A stretch of DNA of 60,360 nt, from positions 116,339,375 to 116,399,734 of the forward strand of contig NC_068986.1 of NCBI RefSeq assembly GCF_001194135.2, written 5' to 3'. The notes beneath the pieces are model-generated. The model made no database searches and was not told the DNA's origin. It saw nothing but the letters and a program-made list of their open reading frames with translations. Of the stretch, positions 36,104 to 49,639 are shown one piece after another (the stretch's first letter is position 1; the number at the start of each line of letters is the position of its first letter). Source of the stretch: Octopus bimaculoides (Eukaryota). Position numbers and translations under genes: made by a program.

Positions 36104-36947
36104 NNNNNNNNNNNNNNNNNNNNNNNNNNNNNNNNNNNNNNNNNNNNNNNNNNNNNNNNNNNNNNNNNNNNNNNNNNNNNNNNNNNNNNNNNNNNNNNNN
36201 NNNNNNNNNNNNNNNNNNNNNNNNNNNNNNNNNNNNNNNNNNNNNNNNNNNNNNNNNNNNNNNNNNNNNNNNNNNNNNNNNNNNNNNNNNNNNNNNNNNN
36301 NNNNNNNNNNNNNNNNNNNNNNNNNNNNNNNNNNNNNNNNNNNNNNNNNNNNNNNNNNNNNNNNNNNNNNNNNNNNNNNNNNNNNNNNNNNNNNNNNNNN
36401 NNNNNNNNNNNNNNNNNNNNNNNNNNNNNNNNNNNNNNNNNNNNNNNNNNNNNNNNNNNNNNNNNNNNNNNNNNNNNNNNNNNNNNNNNNNNNNNNNNNN
36501 NNNNNNNNNNNNNNNNNNNNNNNNNNNNNNNNATATATATATATATATATATACATACATACACATATATATACACATATATATACATATATATATACAT
36601 ATACACACATATATATATACATACATATATCTATACACACATATATTATATGGAGAATTTGTTTCTATTGCTTCCTCCAGAGTCATATCCCAATGATGAT
36701 CAGATTCGTCGCAAAAACTCATGTAAGAAACAAATCTCCGGTAATGCAGTAATGAAAATTCGGGAATCCAAAATTTCAGGATTGTGGGTCCGGATTCGGC
36801 CCGGAATGTTTTTAATTTACTCACGAAGTCAACCTGATTCGAAAATGGTGTGATATGTTGGGCAACTGCCTCTGGGAGTAAAGTTGAAAAAGTGTGACAC
36901 ACTGACATTCTCATTTATTATATTATATCATATTATTATTTTATGTT

Positions 36948-37165
36948 AAGGCGGCGAGCTGGCAGAATCGGTAGCACGCCGGGCGAATTTCTTAGCTTTA
37001 TTTCCTCTGCCGTTAGACTTTGAATTCGAATTCTTCCGCGGACGACTTTACTTTTCATCGTTTCGGAGTCGATAAAATTAGTACCAGTTACGTACTGGTG
37101 TGGATGTAATGGACTTAATCCCTTCTCCTAAAATTTTAGGCCTTGTGCTTCCAGTAGAAAGGATT
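36948..37165 (+). mobile_element. SINE family B, full length
   Basis: Same family head and tail. Confidence 0.85.
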
Positions 37166-37275
37166 TTTTATAGTTCAAAAAGTGTGACACACTGACATTC
37201 ATATTTATTATATTAGAAATGTTTAATTTTGGGGTAACTTTATTTCAGTTAAAGTGTATTTTATATATATATTTA

Positions 37276-37323
<48 letters not shown>

Positions 37324-37935
37324 TGTGTCAGTATGTTGGCGACGGGAATTTCTGTCAAAGAGACATGGTTAAACAAAGTTGTACATCATCTCTCTCTTTC
37401 TCTCTCTCTCTTACTATTACTCCCACTGCCACCATCAACATTACTACTTTTAATAAAACATCAACTCTCCCTAAATTTCTTGTCTCTCTTTTTCTCCCTC
37501 TCTTTTCTCTCTCTCTGTTTTCGACACTGCCCTCAACCTTGCCTGCTATTACTCTCACCCCATCATGAGGAATAGTAGTGGTGTTATTGAATAGTGTGAG
37601 AGGGCGTCTAACAGTGACACACTGACACACGCAAATTAATTTTCGCAATTATTATATAATATATATATATATGCTTTTGATTCTTTCCTTCACATTGCAC
37701 CTCTTTATTTACTGTTATATTTTACTATTTCGTTTAAGATCTGAGAAACCAACAACAGGATAATCCGAATGATGCTTTATCAGTCTTTGGTGAGTTGCTC
37801 TGTGACCTTTCCTCTCTCTTCTGTTTTTACACACGCTTCACCGCGTTTCCTTGGCGCGTATATATATAAATACAAACGCATATGTACACTTATCCGTGTG
37901 TATATGTACTTATGCATACACACACACACACACAC

Positions 37936-37978
<43 letters not shown>

Positions 37979-38011
37979 AGCACAAGTGTGTGTGTCTATA
38001 CTGTATATATA

Positions 38012-38473
38012 CCCCTTGGGGGTCCGCAAAGGTAGTACTGGGGTTACGTGAACTAAATTCAATATTATGCATACACACACACATATGAATAATATAATGT
38101 ATATATATATATAAATAATATATATATAAATAATAAATGCATATATATATATATAATATATATATATATTTGCATATATATATAGATATATATAGATATA
38201 GATATATGCATATATACAGGACGTCACCAACAGCAAACAACATGAAATACGAAAACAAATGAGTTAAATATACAAACAACGAGAGAAAAAATGGAAAACA
38301 GGGCTAGTAACATAAAGAACGACCCTTCATCAGTTGTCGGCTGTCTATCTACTCCTCATTTCGAGCAATATATATATATAGAGAGAGACAAATACATAAG
38401 GATAAGCATATCAAAAGGGGTCTGTGGGAAAAGTCATTTAAATATAAGGGAGTGAAAAGGTTGGGGACCACTG
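38012..38473 (-). mobile_element. Disrupted hAT-type MITE with microsatellite and repeat insertions
   Basis: One intact TIR CAGTGGTCCCCAACC (38473 inward); at the other end only a subterminal ttgcggacccccaagggg remains. Confidence 0.45.
38215..38365 (-). mobile_element. Probable Penelope-like repeat fragment
   Basis: gctcgaaatgaggagtagatagacagccgacaaCTGATGAagggtcg; recalled as an abundant octopus PLE-type repeat; not verified. Confidence 0.35.
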
Positions 38474-39077
38474 TGTTATAAGCATACGTATACTGTATGT
38501 GTGTATGCATGAGTTGTAAGGGCAGAACACGTCCTCCGATCACGAGGTACGTTCTTCGACCCATCAACACTTTCATCCAGTAAATTTCGCTCTTGACCCA
38601 ATATTGAATACTTTCACCAAAAACGGTTGTTGTTCTTTACTCAACAACCCTAAAAGTAAAACGAATATACAAATCATATAAGCGTATGCATGTGTGCGCA
38701 GGCGTATATATATATATATATATATGTATACACACACACGCATATATATATATATATGTATATGTATATATGAAAAAGCACACACATACTTATTCATAAA
38801 TAGATAGATGTATGTATACACATGTGTATATCTAGGCATAGTATATATTTGTGCGTGTGTATGCGTGTAAAGATCATATATGTACCTACGCCCAAGCGTG
38901 CTTATATTTCGAGATATGAACATCAATGTATATCTTTATGTGTGTGATACATACATGTATGTCTATATATTTGTGTAAATATATGTGTGTGCGTGCGTAT
39001 GAAAATGTATACACACACAAACACATGCGCACACACATACACATACGTACACTCACATACATATATATGGTTGTGTA

Positions 39078-39810
39078 NNNNNNNNNNNNNNNNNNNNNNN
39101 NNNNNNNNNNNNNNNNNNNNNNNNNNNNNNNNNNNNNNNNNNNNNNNNNNNNNNNNNNNNNNNNNNNNNNNNNNNNNNNNNNNNNNNNNNNNNNNNNNNN
39201 NNNNNNNNNNNNNNNNNNNNNNNNNNNNNNNNNNNNNNNNNNNNNNNNNNNNNNNNNNNNNNNNNNNNNNNNNNNNNNNNNNNNNNNNNNNNNNNNNNNN
39301 NNNNNNNNNNNNNNNNNNNNNNNNNNNNNNNNNNNNNNNNNNNNNNNNNNNNNNNNNNNNNNNNNNNNNNNNNNNNNNNNNNNNNNNNNNNNNNNNNNNN
39401 NNNNNNNNNNNNNNNNNNNNNNNNNNNNNNNNNNNNNNNNNNNNNNNNNNNNNNNNNNNNNNNNNNNNNNNNNNNNNNNNNNNNNNNNNNNNNNNNNNNN
39501 NNNNNNNNNNNNNNNNNNNNNNNNNNNNNNNNNNNNNNNNNNNNNNNNNNNNNNNNNNNNNNNNNNNNNNNNNNNNNNNNNNNNNNNNNNNNNNNNNNNN
39601 NNNNNNNNNNNNNNNNNNNNNNNNNNNNNNNNNNNNNNNNNNNNNNNNNNNNNNNNNNNNNNNNNNNNNNNNNNNNNNNNNNNNNNNNNNNNNNNNNNNN
39701 NNNNNNNNNNNNNNNNNNNNNNNNNNNNNNNNNNNNNNNNNNNNNNNNNNNNNNNNNNNNNNNNNNNNNNNNNNNNNNNNNNNNNNNNNNNNNNNNNNNN
39801 NNNNNNNNNN
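39078..39810. other. Assembly gap (N)
   Basis: Run of N flanked on the left by microsatellite-like sequence. Confidence 0.99.
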
Positions 39811-39943
39811 TAGCGAGCTCACTTTTGTCTTTCTGTCTCTTTTATTCATTATGCTTCTCCGCCATAAACAATCATGTCACGCACATATGTATTCATGAGT
39901 AAGCACGTACGTATATATGAGAGTGCATAAGTTTGTGTGTGTT

Positions 39944-39988
<45 letters not shown>

Positions 39989-40848
39989 ATGATGGAAGAA
40001 GGGAGTACCCTGTTCACCAATAAAACTAGATAGAAACTTTTGAAGATTTCTAACCCGGCCTCCATTACACACATCTCCCCATCGTCGTTCAAAGCTTGTA
40101 TTCTCCGTTAAATCAATTGCCAAGTTAGCTTAGTATATATCGGCATAGGAATGGCAGTTTGATTAAGAATGTTACTTCACAAGCCCGTGGTTCCGGTTTC
40201 AATTTCTCTGTGCAGCACACATCTTATGTAATCGTCTTCCACCATGTTTTGTGAGTGGTACTTGAAAGACAAGAATTTGATTGATCATTGTGTGTGTGTG
40301 TGTGTGTGTGTGTGTATGCGTGTGTATGTCTACCTATTAATCTATCTGTCTGTCTGTCTGTCTATCTGCCTGCCTACCTGTCTGCCTGTCTGTCTGTCTA
40401 TCTATCTGTCTGTCCACCTACCTACTTACCTACCTACCTACCTACCTACCTACATAACATGATAATCTTCACAAGGCATAGCTCTTTCAAACTTTTTGTG
40501 TCTCATCAGTTCTTTATTGTTTTAACTACTTTGAGAGTTTCAGAAACATGAAGACTGCCTTGTGTTTAAACCACTAAAGAATCTATTTAGGAAACTCAAG
40601 TTCAGAACATTAATTCAAAATTACTTCATTGGGAAGTAATTCCATTGGTTGAAAGACTTTATTTCTTGATATAAATATATAATCATATTTGTTTTGTCTT
40701 TTATGTATAACATTGGAAATAAATCTACTACTAATCCGTAAAGGGAGCAGCTGGGATTTATGAAACGGATATTAGCTGATTAGTTGTAAATTAATCTTCT
40801 TGTGGCATTAATCCTCTTAAAGATGACATGTTGCAATATATACATACA

Positions 40849-40884
<36 letters not shown>

Positions 40885-41101
40885 TATATATNNNNNNNNN
40901 NNNNNNNNNNNNNNNNNNNNNNNNNNNNNNNNNNNNNNNNNNNNNNNNNNNNNNNNNNNNNNNNNNNNNNNNNNNNNNNNNNNNNNNNNNNNNNNNNNNN
41001 NNNNNNNNNNNNNNNNNNNNNNNNNNNNNNNNNNNNNNNNNNNNNNNNNNNNNNNNNNNNNNNNNNNNNNNNNNNNNNNNNNNNNNNNNNNNNNNNNNNN
41101 N

Positions 41102-41143
<42 letters not shown>

Positions 41144-41999
41144 TATATGTGTGTGTGCGTATACATACGTATGTGTGTATTCCGCAGATATCCATTCAAA
41201 GTCAGTGATCAAGGCACTGCGATACCAGTCCACACCCTGGGCCTCTCCACTCTGCTGTGTTTTATTCTATGGCCATGGCAATTGTTGCTATAGCTGCTAT
41301 CACTTATGTTGCATCTCTGAAAAAGCTTGTTCTTGTCATTGTTGAACATCATATCAACTCTAAGGTAATAAAATTATGGCCGAAGACATTTCACATGTGA
41401 TCACCTATCCTTCAGTCATTAAATCTCAAAGAATACATTATCTAACGTGTCCCTCTATTTTTACGGCAGTAACGTGTAATTTGTGTATGATTCGGCAAAT
41501 ATTTCTTGAAAAGTTGGGTGACTACGTAGAGAGCCCCTCGTTATCTCATCTCGTTTCTGTTGCATTTGTTGAAATTGTTGTTGTTTTCGTTACCTTTGAT
41601 GACTGAGGCCTTGCTCTTGCAGAAGTTTTATAACCCCGAGTCAGTTTTGATGGATCGAATTGGTAATTTACAGAAGGATTAGGCGTAACTTTTAAATCGT
41701 TTTTCTAGAAACGCTGTGCTTAATTCTACGGTAGCACCAAAATCTTCCTTAAATCACACACTTCCGCCTTAAAAAGAAGGAATGACGCATTGATTTATTT
41801 GGTCTTAGATATAACTTGAATAGTCACAACTCGAATAATTTTCTGCAATATCAGTTTAGCTGGGACGAAAATACATCGCCAACAACGACAGCAATCACGT
41901 TAATCATCGTTGAATATCAATAATTTCGGTAGACCTCAGTTATCGATCATCTTCGATACTAACAACCTTTACTCCAATAGTCACAACAGAGCAGAATCT

Positions 42000-42915
42000 A
42001 CAAAAGGTATACGAGGATCTAGTGGTGAACTAAATTGGACAACGAATTAAATGTGCCAGACGCAAGTTTGCAGTACTGCGTTGATTTCGACGCTGTTGAA
42101 GGCTTTCTCATAATCAATGAACGCAACGCACAGAGGCAACCGGTACTCTCTCGCTCACTCCGCAGTTCTGAAGGAGACGGGAAAGATCTTGGAGCAGAAA
42201 AAGAAGCTGATGGAAAAGCGGAGAAACATGAGTAGAAATGGAGAACGCCTGATAGAATATTCTGTACTCTGCAAGACAATAAGGCGACGTCTTGAGAATG
42301 ACTTCGAGAGGTACAGAAAAAAGATGCTCCTGAAGACCGCACAAGAACGGAAGAGCCTTCAGAAATACGAAAAGGGAGGTGATGCTTCATAGAACGGAAG
42401 TAACGACGCTGAAGAACCAGGATGTCAATGCAATGACCGATAGAAGAGATGTTGAAAAAGTCTGCAAAACCTTCTACACAAACCTCTTTCAATCGAGAGC
42501 AGTGGTGGGGCTCCAGTCGTTGGAAAGTGAAGGAGAGAAAGTAACCATCTATTCTGATCAGTGAAGTCGAGAGAGCCCTCAAGCTGATGAACAAAGAAAA
42601 AGTACCGGGCAAGGACGATGAAACATATGAAGTGCTGCAGACCGGCGGAGAGTAGCTATGGAAAATCCTATCTCTACGCTTCAACTGCTACTTAGAGGAA
42701 GGGTCAATAGCTTCCCAATGGAAGGAGTCAAATACGATCCTGCAGTAAAAGAAGGGTGTTAAGTAAGATCTTAAGAACTATCGTCCCAACCATCCCTTGT
42801 CTCATATTTGCAAGCTGTTCACGAAGATAATCGCTGAACAGTTATCTCATCAATTGGATGAGCAGCAACCAAGAGGACAGACAAGGTTCAGAAAGAAGTA
42901 CAGCACTATAGATCA
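42000..42915 (+). mobile_element. Decayed RTE-clade LINE (linker plus RT N-terminal half)
   Basis: IEYSVLCKTIRRRLENDFERYRKKMLLKTAQERKSL, VEKVCKTFYTNLFQS, EVERALKLMNKEKVPGKD, SQWKESNTIL, DLKNYRP..LSHICKLFTKII, QLDEQQPRGQTRFRKKYSTIDHI. Confidence 0.85.
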
Positions 42916-42938
42916 TATATTAACTCTCTTCCCCCCGC

Positions 42939-42992
<54 letters not shown>

Positions 42993-43239
42993 NNNNNNNN
43001 NNNNNNNNNNNNNNNNNNNNNNNNNNNNNNNNNNNNNNNNNNNNNNNNNNNNNNNNNNNNNNNNNNNNNNNNNNNNNNNNNNNNNNNNNNNNNNNNNNNN
43101 NNNNNNNNNNNNNNNNNNNNNNNNNNNNNNNNNNNNNNNNNNNNNNNNNNNNNNNNNNNNNNNNNNNNNNNNNNNNNNNNNNNNNNNNNNNNNNNNNNNN
43201 NNNNNNNNNNNNNNNNNNNNNNNNNNNNNNNNNNNNNNN

Positions 43240-43275
<36 letters not shown>

Positions 43276-43627
43276 TTATATAGACACGTATATGCATATG
43301 TATACACACGCTCATATATGTGCATATGATTGATAAATGTGTGTGTCTGTGTATATATGAATATAGAGAGATGGATATAGATACAGACATGAGTAAGTCT
43401 ATGTATGTATGGATGGATGGATGGATGGAAGGTGGATGTTGGTGGTGGTTTGGCACATTAATCAAACTGTAACATCATCAACAATACAATTATTTCTTTA
43501 GGTCTAAACCAGAATGATTTGCCTCTAGACAACAACAACAACAACAGCTTCCTGCAAGCCACCACACCTGCAGGTGCTAATTGTAAACTAAGGGGAGTCC
43601 ACCTGTGTATCAGTCACTGAAATGCTC

Positions 43628-43658
<31 letters not shown>

Positions 43659-43670
43659 CATACATGTGTA

Positions 43671-44652
43671 NNNNNNNNNNNNNNNNNNNNNNNNNNNNNN
43701 NNNNNNNNNNNNNNNNNNNNNNNNNNNNNNNNNNNNNNNNNNNNNNNNNNNNNNNNNNNNNNNNNNNNNNNNNNNNNNNNNNNNNNNNNNNNNNNNNNNN
43801 NNNNNNNNNNNNNNNNNNNNNNNNNNNNNNNNNNNNNNNNNNNNNNNNNNNNNNNNNNNNNNNNNNNNNNNNNNNNNNNNNNNNNNNNNNNNNNNNNNNN
43901 NNNNNNNNNNNNNNNNNNNNNNNNNNNNNNNNNNNNNNNNNNNNNNNNNNNNNNNNNNNNNNNNNNNNNNNNNNNNNNNNNNNNNNNNNNNNNNNNNNNN
44001 NNNNNNNNNNNNNNNNNNNNNNNNNNNNNNNNNNNNNNNNNNNNNNNNNNNNNNNNNNNNNNNNNNNNNNNNNNNNNNNNNNNNNNNNNNNNNNNNNNNN
44101 NNNNNNNNNNNNNNNNNNNNNNNNNNNNNNNNNNNNNNNNNNNNNNNNNNNNNNNNNNNNNNNNNNNNNNNNNNNNNNNNNNNNNNNNNNNNNNNNNNNN
44201 NNNNNNNNNNNNNNNNNNNNNNNNNNNNNNNNNNNNNNNNNNNNNNNNNNNNNNNNNNNNNNNNNNNNNNNNNNNNNNNNNNNNNNNNNNNNNNNNNNNN
44301 NNNNNNNNNNNNNNNNNNNNNNNNNNNNNNNNNNNNNNNNNNNNNNNNNNNNNNNNNNNNNNNNNNNNNNNNNNNNNNNNNNNNNNNNNNNNNNNNNNNN
44401 NNNNNNNNNNNNNNNNNNNNNNNNNNNNNNNNNNNNNNNNNNNNNNNNNNNNNNNNNNNNNNNNNNNNNNNNNNNNNNNNNNNNNNNNNNNNNNNNNNNN
44501 NNNNNNNNNNNNNNNNNNNNNNNNNNNNNNNNNNNNNNNNNNNNNNNNNNNNNNNNNNNNNNNNNNNNNNNNNNNNNNNNNNNNNNNNNNNNNNNNNNNN
44601 NNNNNNNNNNNNNNNNNNNNNNNNNNNNNNNNNNNNNNNNNNNNNNNNNNNN
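43671..44652. other. Largest assembly gap (N)
   Basis: 982 N; could hide exons. Confidence 0.99.
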
Positions 44653-44999
44653 GGTGGTGGTGGTAGTGGTGAGGGGGGGGGCGACTGACTCACCCATCAC
44701 CAACACGTTAAAATACCTACCACACTAACAACATATACTATTATACCACGTACCCACCTTCTTACCTTCATCCCTACCTCTCTGCCTCTCTCTCGTCCCC
44801 TCATTGTCGCAGTGCACCCTCTCCTCTCTCTTATACTCTTACTGCAATCATTTTTACTAATATACTTTATTGTCTTCTCTCCTCTACTCTTACTACAACC
44901 CCTTCAATAATTCTAACACAACCTCTCTATTCTTACAACTCCTACCACCCTGATGTTTCTATTCTTCTCTGTCTCATCTTCTCTTACTACAACAATTAT

Positions 45000-45245
45000 C
45001 CCTCCCATGCTGGGGCACTGTCTCGAAGGGTTCAGTCGAATAAATCAAACACAGGGCATATTTTTCTAAGCGTGGTACTTAATCCATCGGTTTCATTTGT
45101 CGAACCACTAGATACGCAGGCTTCCACTCAGTTTCCGTCTTGCAAATACACTCACTGGGCGTTGCTGTAAGACACTTTCCCCAAGATGCTGTGCAGTGGA
45201 ACTGAACCCGAAACCACGTGCTTGTAAAGCGATCTAACCGCCATA
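45000..45245 (-). mobile_element. SINE family A, decayed
   Basis: cagtttccgtct...aagacactttcccaagatgctgtgcagtggaactgaacccgaaacc. Confidence 0.6.
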
Positions 45246-45764
45246 TTAAATGCCCCTAGCAAAGAAAAGCTACATAAGATAATGTAGTCCTGGGTAAACT
45301 GAGAATATAATGAGTGGTCATGGTCGGAACGCTTTGATCTTAAATCTGCTGAGTTAGAGTTAACCTGGAACAATAACAACAGCAACACTCACAATACACG
45401 CTGTTGGCAAATCCTTCTTCTCCAAATGCCACCCCCTGGAACTTCAGTTTGGTTCATAAGATCTCTTGTATACATACATCAATCTCAGAAGACATCCAAA
45501 ACACCATTTTTGAAAGACTGCGTAGTTTATGATGACGTTTGTTGTTGTTGTTTAACCCCAGGTTAGTCCTGATCCAACACAGCTCTATGATCCAATGCAT
45601 TCCAGTAGCGACCACACTATATCTTTAGATATAACAAACGTTGTCTCAATTTGAAAAAAAAAAAAAANNNNNNNNNNNNNNNNNNNNNNNNNNNNNNNNN
45701 NNNNNNNNNNNNNNNNNNNNNNNNNNNNNNNNNNNNNNNNNNNNNNNNNNNNNNNNNNNNNNNA

Positions 45765-46010
45765 CTCGGAAATCAGGGAGCCTCAACTTGCCCACATTGA
45801 GAGGTCATTGCTTCGGTTCTACGGATATGTGATTAGATAGAATGTTGCAGGAAAGAATCGAAGACGAATTCTTTAAGCCGAGCCCAAACGGTAGGAGATC
45901 TAGGGGTAGACGAGGAACGACGTGGTTGGATGATGTTCATAGATTCGGTTACGCTTGGGAATCTAACAGGAGAATGTATTGATGGTAGGACTCTGTGTAC
46001 GAGGCATCGG
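45765..46010 (+). mobile_element. RTE-type LINE C-terminal fragment
   Basis: GHCFGS...RMLQERIEDEFFKPSPNGRRSRGRRGTTWLDDV resembles the G.R.RGRP...W.DD motif. Confidence 0.6.
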
Positions 46011-46780
46011 GGGGGGGGGGGTGAGGATATGCGATTAACATGCACTGTGCAGGGGGTACCTGAGGACACTACTGCCACAACCATCCATGTAATAGTGAGC
46101 GGAGAAAATAGATAAATGTGATTAGAGAGGGCGGTTACATTGCTATATTTAGTAAATAAAACAATCATGTAGAAGCTCCCTTTTCAACTCACCATGTGAG
46201 CTTGTTGTAATTGTTGTTGTTTAGCCCCAGGTCATACGTGACCGAACAGACCTATTATAAAGAGCATTCCTGTCGTGACCATCTCGTCTTAGGTGCAAGC
46301 AACCTAGGACCACTTTCATGAATGTCCTTTAGCAGATTTCATGAAGATTTAATTGGTATTTCTAGCAGATGAAGTGACTGTGTAGAAGCTAATTCGTTGA
46401 CCCATGTGTGTGTGTATGCGTGTGTATGCGTGTGTGTGTGTGTGTGTGTGACTGTGTGCGTGCAATGTTATCTGAGTTTGGTTATTTAACCCAAGGTCAG
46501 TCCTGACCCATTAAGGTCTATGGTCAAAAATGTTCTACATTAACCATCTCGTCTTGTATTCAGGAATAGTGTATAGAAGACATTATCCTATATGTTCTTT
46601 GTTCATTTGAAGACAGTAGCGTGTTTTTTTAGGGTTATTTGACTCCTATTGCTTCTCTGCCGGCGACCCACATAAATGGGAGCGTTTTAGTTTATGGCGT
46701 TTCTATAAAATAAGTGGTGTGTTTGTGTGTGGTGTAAATGAAGCATCTGTGCTTGTGTGTGTGTATATGTGCTTGTAAAT

Positions 46781-46822
<42 letters not shown>

Positions 46823-47259
46823 ATTCTACTAATTCTACTGTCTTCCCTGGGTTTCTGTATTGCTGCAAGCCTCAGTCCTCTCTACTTTGTCGGCAGTGGG
46901 TTGATGACGGAAAACAGTAGACGGGCAACCAACCTATAAACACTTGTTGGCAACTGATCAAAACCTCTCACAGTGACGGGCTCTTATCAAAGAAATTGTG
47001 AGGGATCGTTCGTCGATCAGTTTGTACAACGAAGAAACGCATTTTACTTATTTTTTTGCTTCCTCTCCCTTCGTTCCTCTCACACATCTCTAGCTTCACT
47101 CTCTCCTGCTCTCTCTGTGCACAATTACATTCTTCATTTGCTTACGACACCATCACTTTCTTTCGCTTGCTCTCAGTCTGATGAAGAACAAGAACCCGAA
47201 GCGTCAGTTTCTTCACTCCTTACGAAATTTGAAATTTCCCCCCTATGTATGAGACGCAT

Positions 47260-47525
47260 GGCCTAATGGCTAAGGTGCTGTTCTTACAATCATAAAAATC
47301 GTAGACTTATTGTAAAACAAAGCGGTGTGTTGTTTCCTTGAGCAAGACACTTCATTTCATGCTCCAGTCTACTCTGCTAAAAATGAGTATCAATCTAGTG
47401 GTAGTGTCGCACTCCCTTCTTTCAAATCCTTCGCAATGAATCGGCCTGAAAATTACATAAAGGGTACACATATGTGTGCGGAGTACTCAGCCACGGGTAG
47501 TTTAGTTGGTCGAATAACTGAATCC
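47260..47525 (+). mobile_element. SINE family C variant, decayed
   Basis: tggcctaatggctaagg...ttccttgagcaagacacttcatttc...aagggtacacatatgtgtgcggagtactcagccac. Confidence 0.6.
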
Positions 47526-48226
47526 TCGTCGTCGATGCTGAGAAGCTCTGTCGTTATGCCGAACTATATAAACTGTATGAGTCATTTTACGGCCGATTTT
47601 CGAGGGATAATTGGCTTCTGTTTCTTGCAGTCTAGCGATCACGTAGGGGCTCCTTGTCTAGCTGGAGTGTGTGTGTTTGTGGAGAGCATTGGTGTGAGGG
47701 GGCTGTGTGACTAGGAAGCATTCGACGAAACTAAGAGTCGGGTGGACGTAGAGAAGGGGTTGGGGGAGGAGACAGTGAGGTAGTGAGGCGGAGGGGAGGT
47801 GTAAGTGGGGAAGATCATCTGGCCTAATCGATTTGTGCTAGATGCGTTGAAGTAGAACACTTTCAAGAAAACTGTTATTAGTAAGAAGGAAAGAGAAAGA
47901 GAGAGAGAGAGAGGGAGGAGGGCTGAGAAGGAGGAGGGTGAATAAGAGGCTGGTGTTACTTGATGTGGCGTGGTGGTAGTAAGAGGATAGGTGGCGACAA
48001 CAAACTCCTTCTGCTGTATCTGATAGTATCACGTCTGAATAATAATATAAAAATAAACACACACACACACACTTACGAACAATTGCACGCATTTGTGTGC
48101 GTGTATGTGTCTATGTGCGTTTTATGTTTATACACGTATGTATATTTATATACACACATATATATATATGTATATTCGTATAGATATATTTATGCAGGCA
48201 TATGTTATACAGACACTGGCACACAA

Positions 48227-48277
<51 letters not shown>

Positions 48278-48689
48278 GTATGTACACACAAGCAGACACA
48301 TATAAATACGTACATGTATTATTAGAGTGTGCGTATGTGTGTGCGTGTGTGTGTGTGTGCGTGTGTGTGTGTATCCTGCTACCGTCAGTAAAATACACAA
48401 AAACAAACACTTGTTCCTGTCCAGGTGCAACTTCCCCCTACGACAGAGATTTTAAGACCATCTGGGTAGTATGTGTTTGACATTGGGGTATGGAGTGTTG
48501 TGTGAGACTATGCCATTGGGTAGAGGCTATACTAACGGTGGGGCAATGCTGCTGCTATTGCAGCTGCTGCTACTGTTGTCGGGGTGGTTGTATTAGTAGT
48601 GGGGTTTGAACCAAAAGTTTGAGAGGCGAAACTAAATAATGTATAAATACGAACACACATACATACCTGCACATATACATACACCCACA

Positions 48690-49040
48690 CACATTGCTTC
48701 CCAGCCACATGGTTCCGGGTTCAGTCCCACTGCGTAGCACCTTCGGTGAGTGTCTTCTGCTATAGCCTAGGGTCGACCAACGCCTTGTGAGTGGATTTGG
48801 TAAACGGAAACTGAAAGAAGCCTGTCGGATATATATGTATATATATCTATGTGTGTGTATGTATTTGTGTCTATGTTTGCCCCCGCCCCCACTGTCTGAC
48901 AACCGATATATGTGTGTCTGCGCCCCCGTAACGTAGCGGTTCGACAAAAGAAACCGATAGAGTAAGTATGAGGCTTAAAAAGTACTGGGATCGATTCATT
49001 CGACAAAAAATTCAAGGCTGGGGCCCAGCCTTCAATGAAA
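48690..49040 (+). mobile_element. SINE family A
   Basis: ttgcttcccagccacatggttccgggttcagtcccactgcgtagcacc...gtgagtggatttggtaaacggaaactgaaagaagcc... Confidence 0.85.
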
Positions 49041-49115
49041 CAAATAAAAAAGATTAAAAAAAGACACACACACACACACACATATATTTATATATATATA
49101 TATATGCACACACAT

Positions 49116-49160
<45 letters not shown>

Positions 49161-49433
49161 CATATACATATATATATATATATGAATACATATATATATA
49201 TATGTATATATACATACATACATACATACATACATACATAGATAGATATATGCGCGTGCATGTATATGTGTCCGTGCGTGTATTTGCATATATATTTAAT
49301 AAAATATTTCTACAAGTGTATATGTTGACATTCATACATTCACGCAAACACGAACATACACACAAACACGGACAGAGGCACACACACACACGCACACACA
49401 CACACACACACACANNNNNNNNNNCACACACAC

Positions 49434-49473
<40 letters not shown>

Positions 49474-49509
49474 TATGTGTGCTTGTGTGCGCGTGCGTAT
49501 GGATCTATT

Positions 49510-49636
49510 TACGAGGAGTGTATGAAAAGTTTTGAGCCTTCAAGACATTTGAGCCTTGATGTCTTGTATCTTCATCAGAAGTCTTGTACCATATTTTGTT
49601 TTTTTGAGGCTCAAGACTTTTCATACACCCCTCGTA
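49510..49636. mobile_element. Mariner-type MITE (127 bp including TA TSDs)
   Basis: 30-bp inverted ends TACGAGGAGTGTATGAAAAGTTTTGAGCCT / AGGCTCAAGACTTTTCATACACCCCTCGTA with 2 mismatches. Confidence 0.85.
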
Positions 49637-49639
49637 TAT

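Noticed and set aside
43502-43573. 72-bp symmetric phase-1 exon candidate (LNQNDLPLDNNNNNSFLQATTPA)
   Set aside because: Weak donor (CAG/gtgcta), contains an (AAC)n repeat, and shows no homology.
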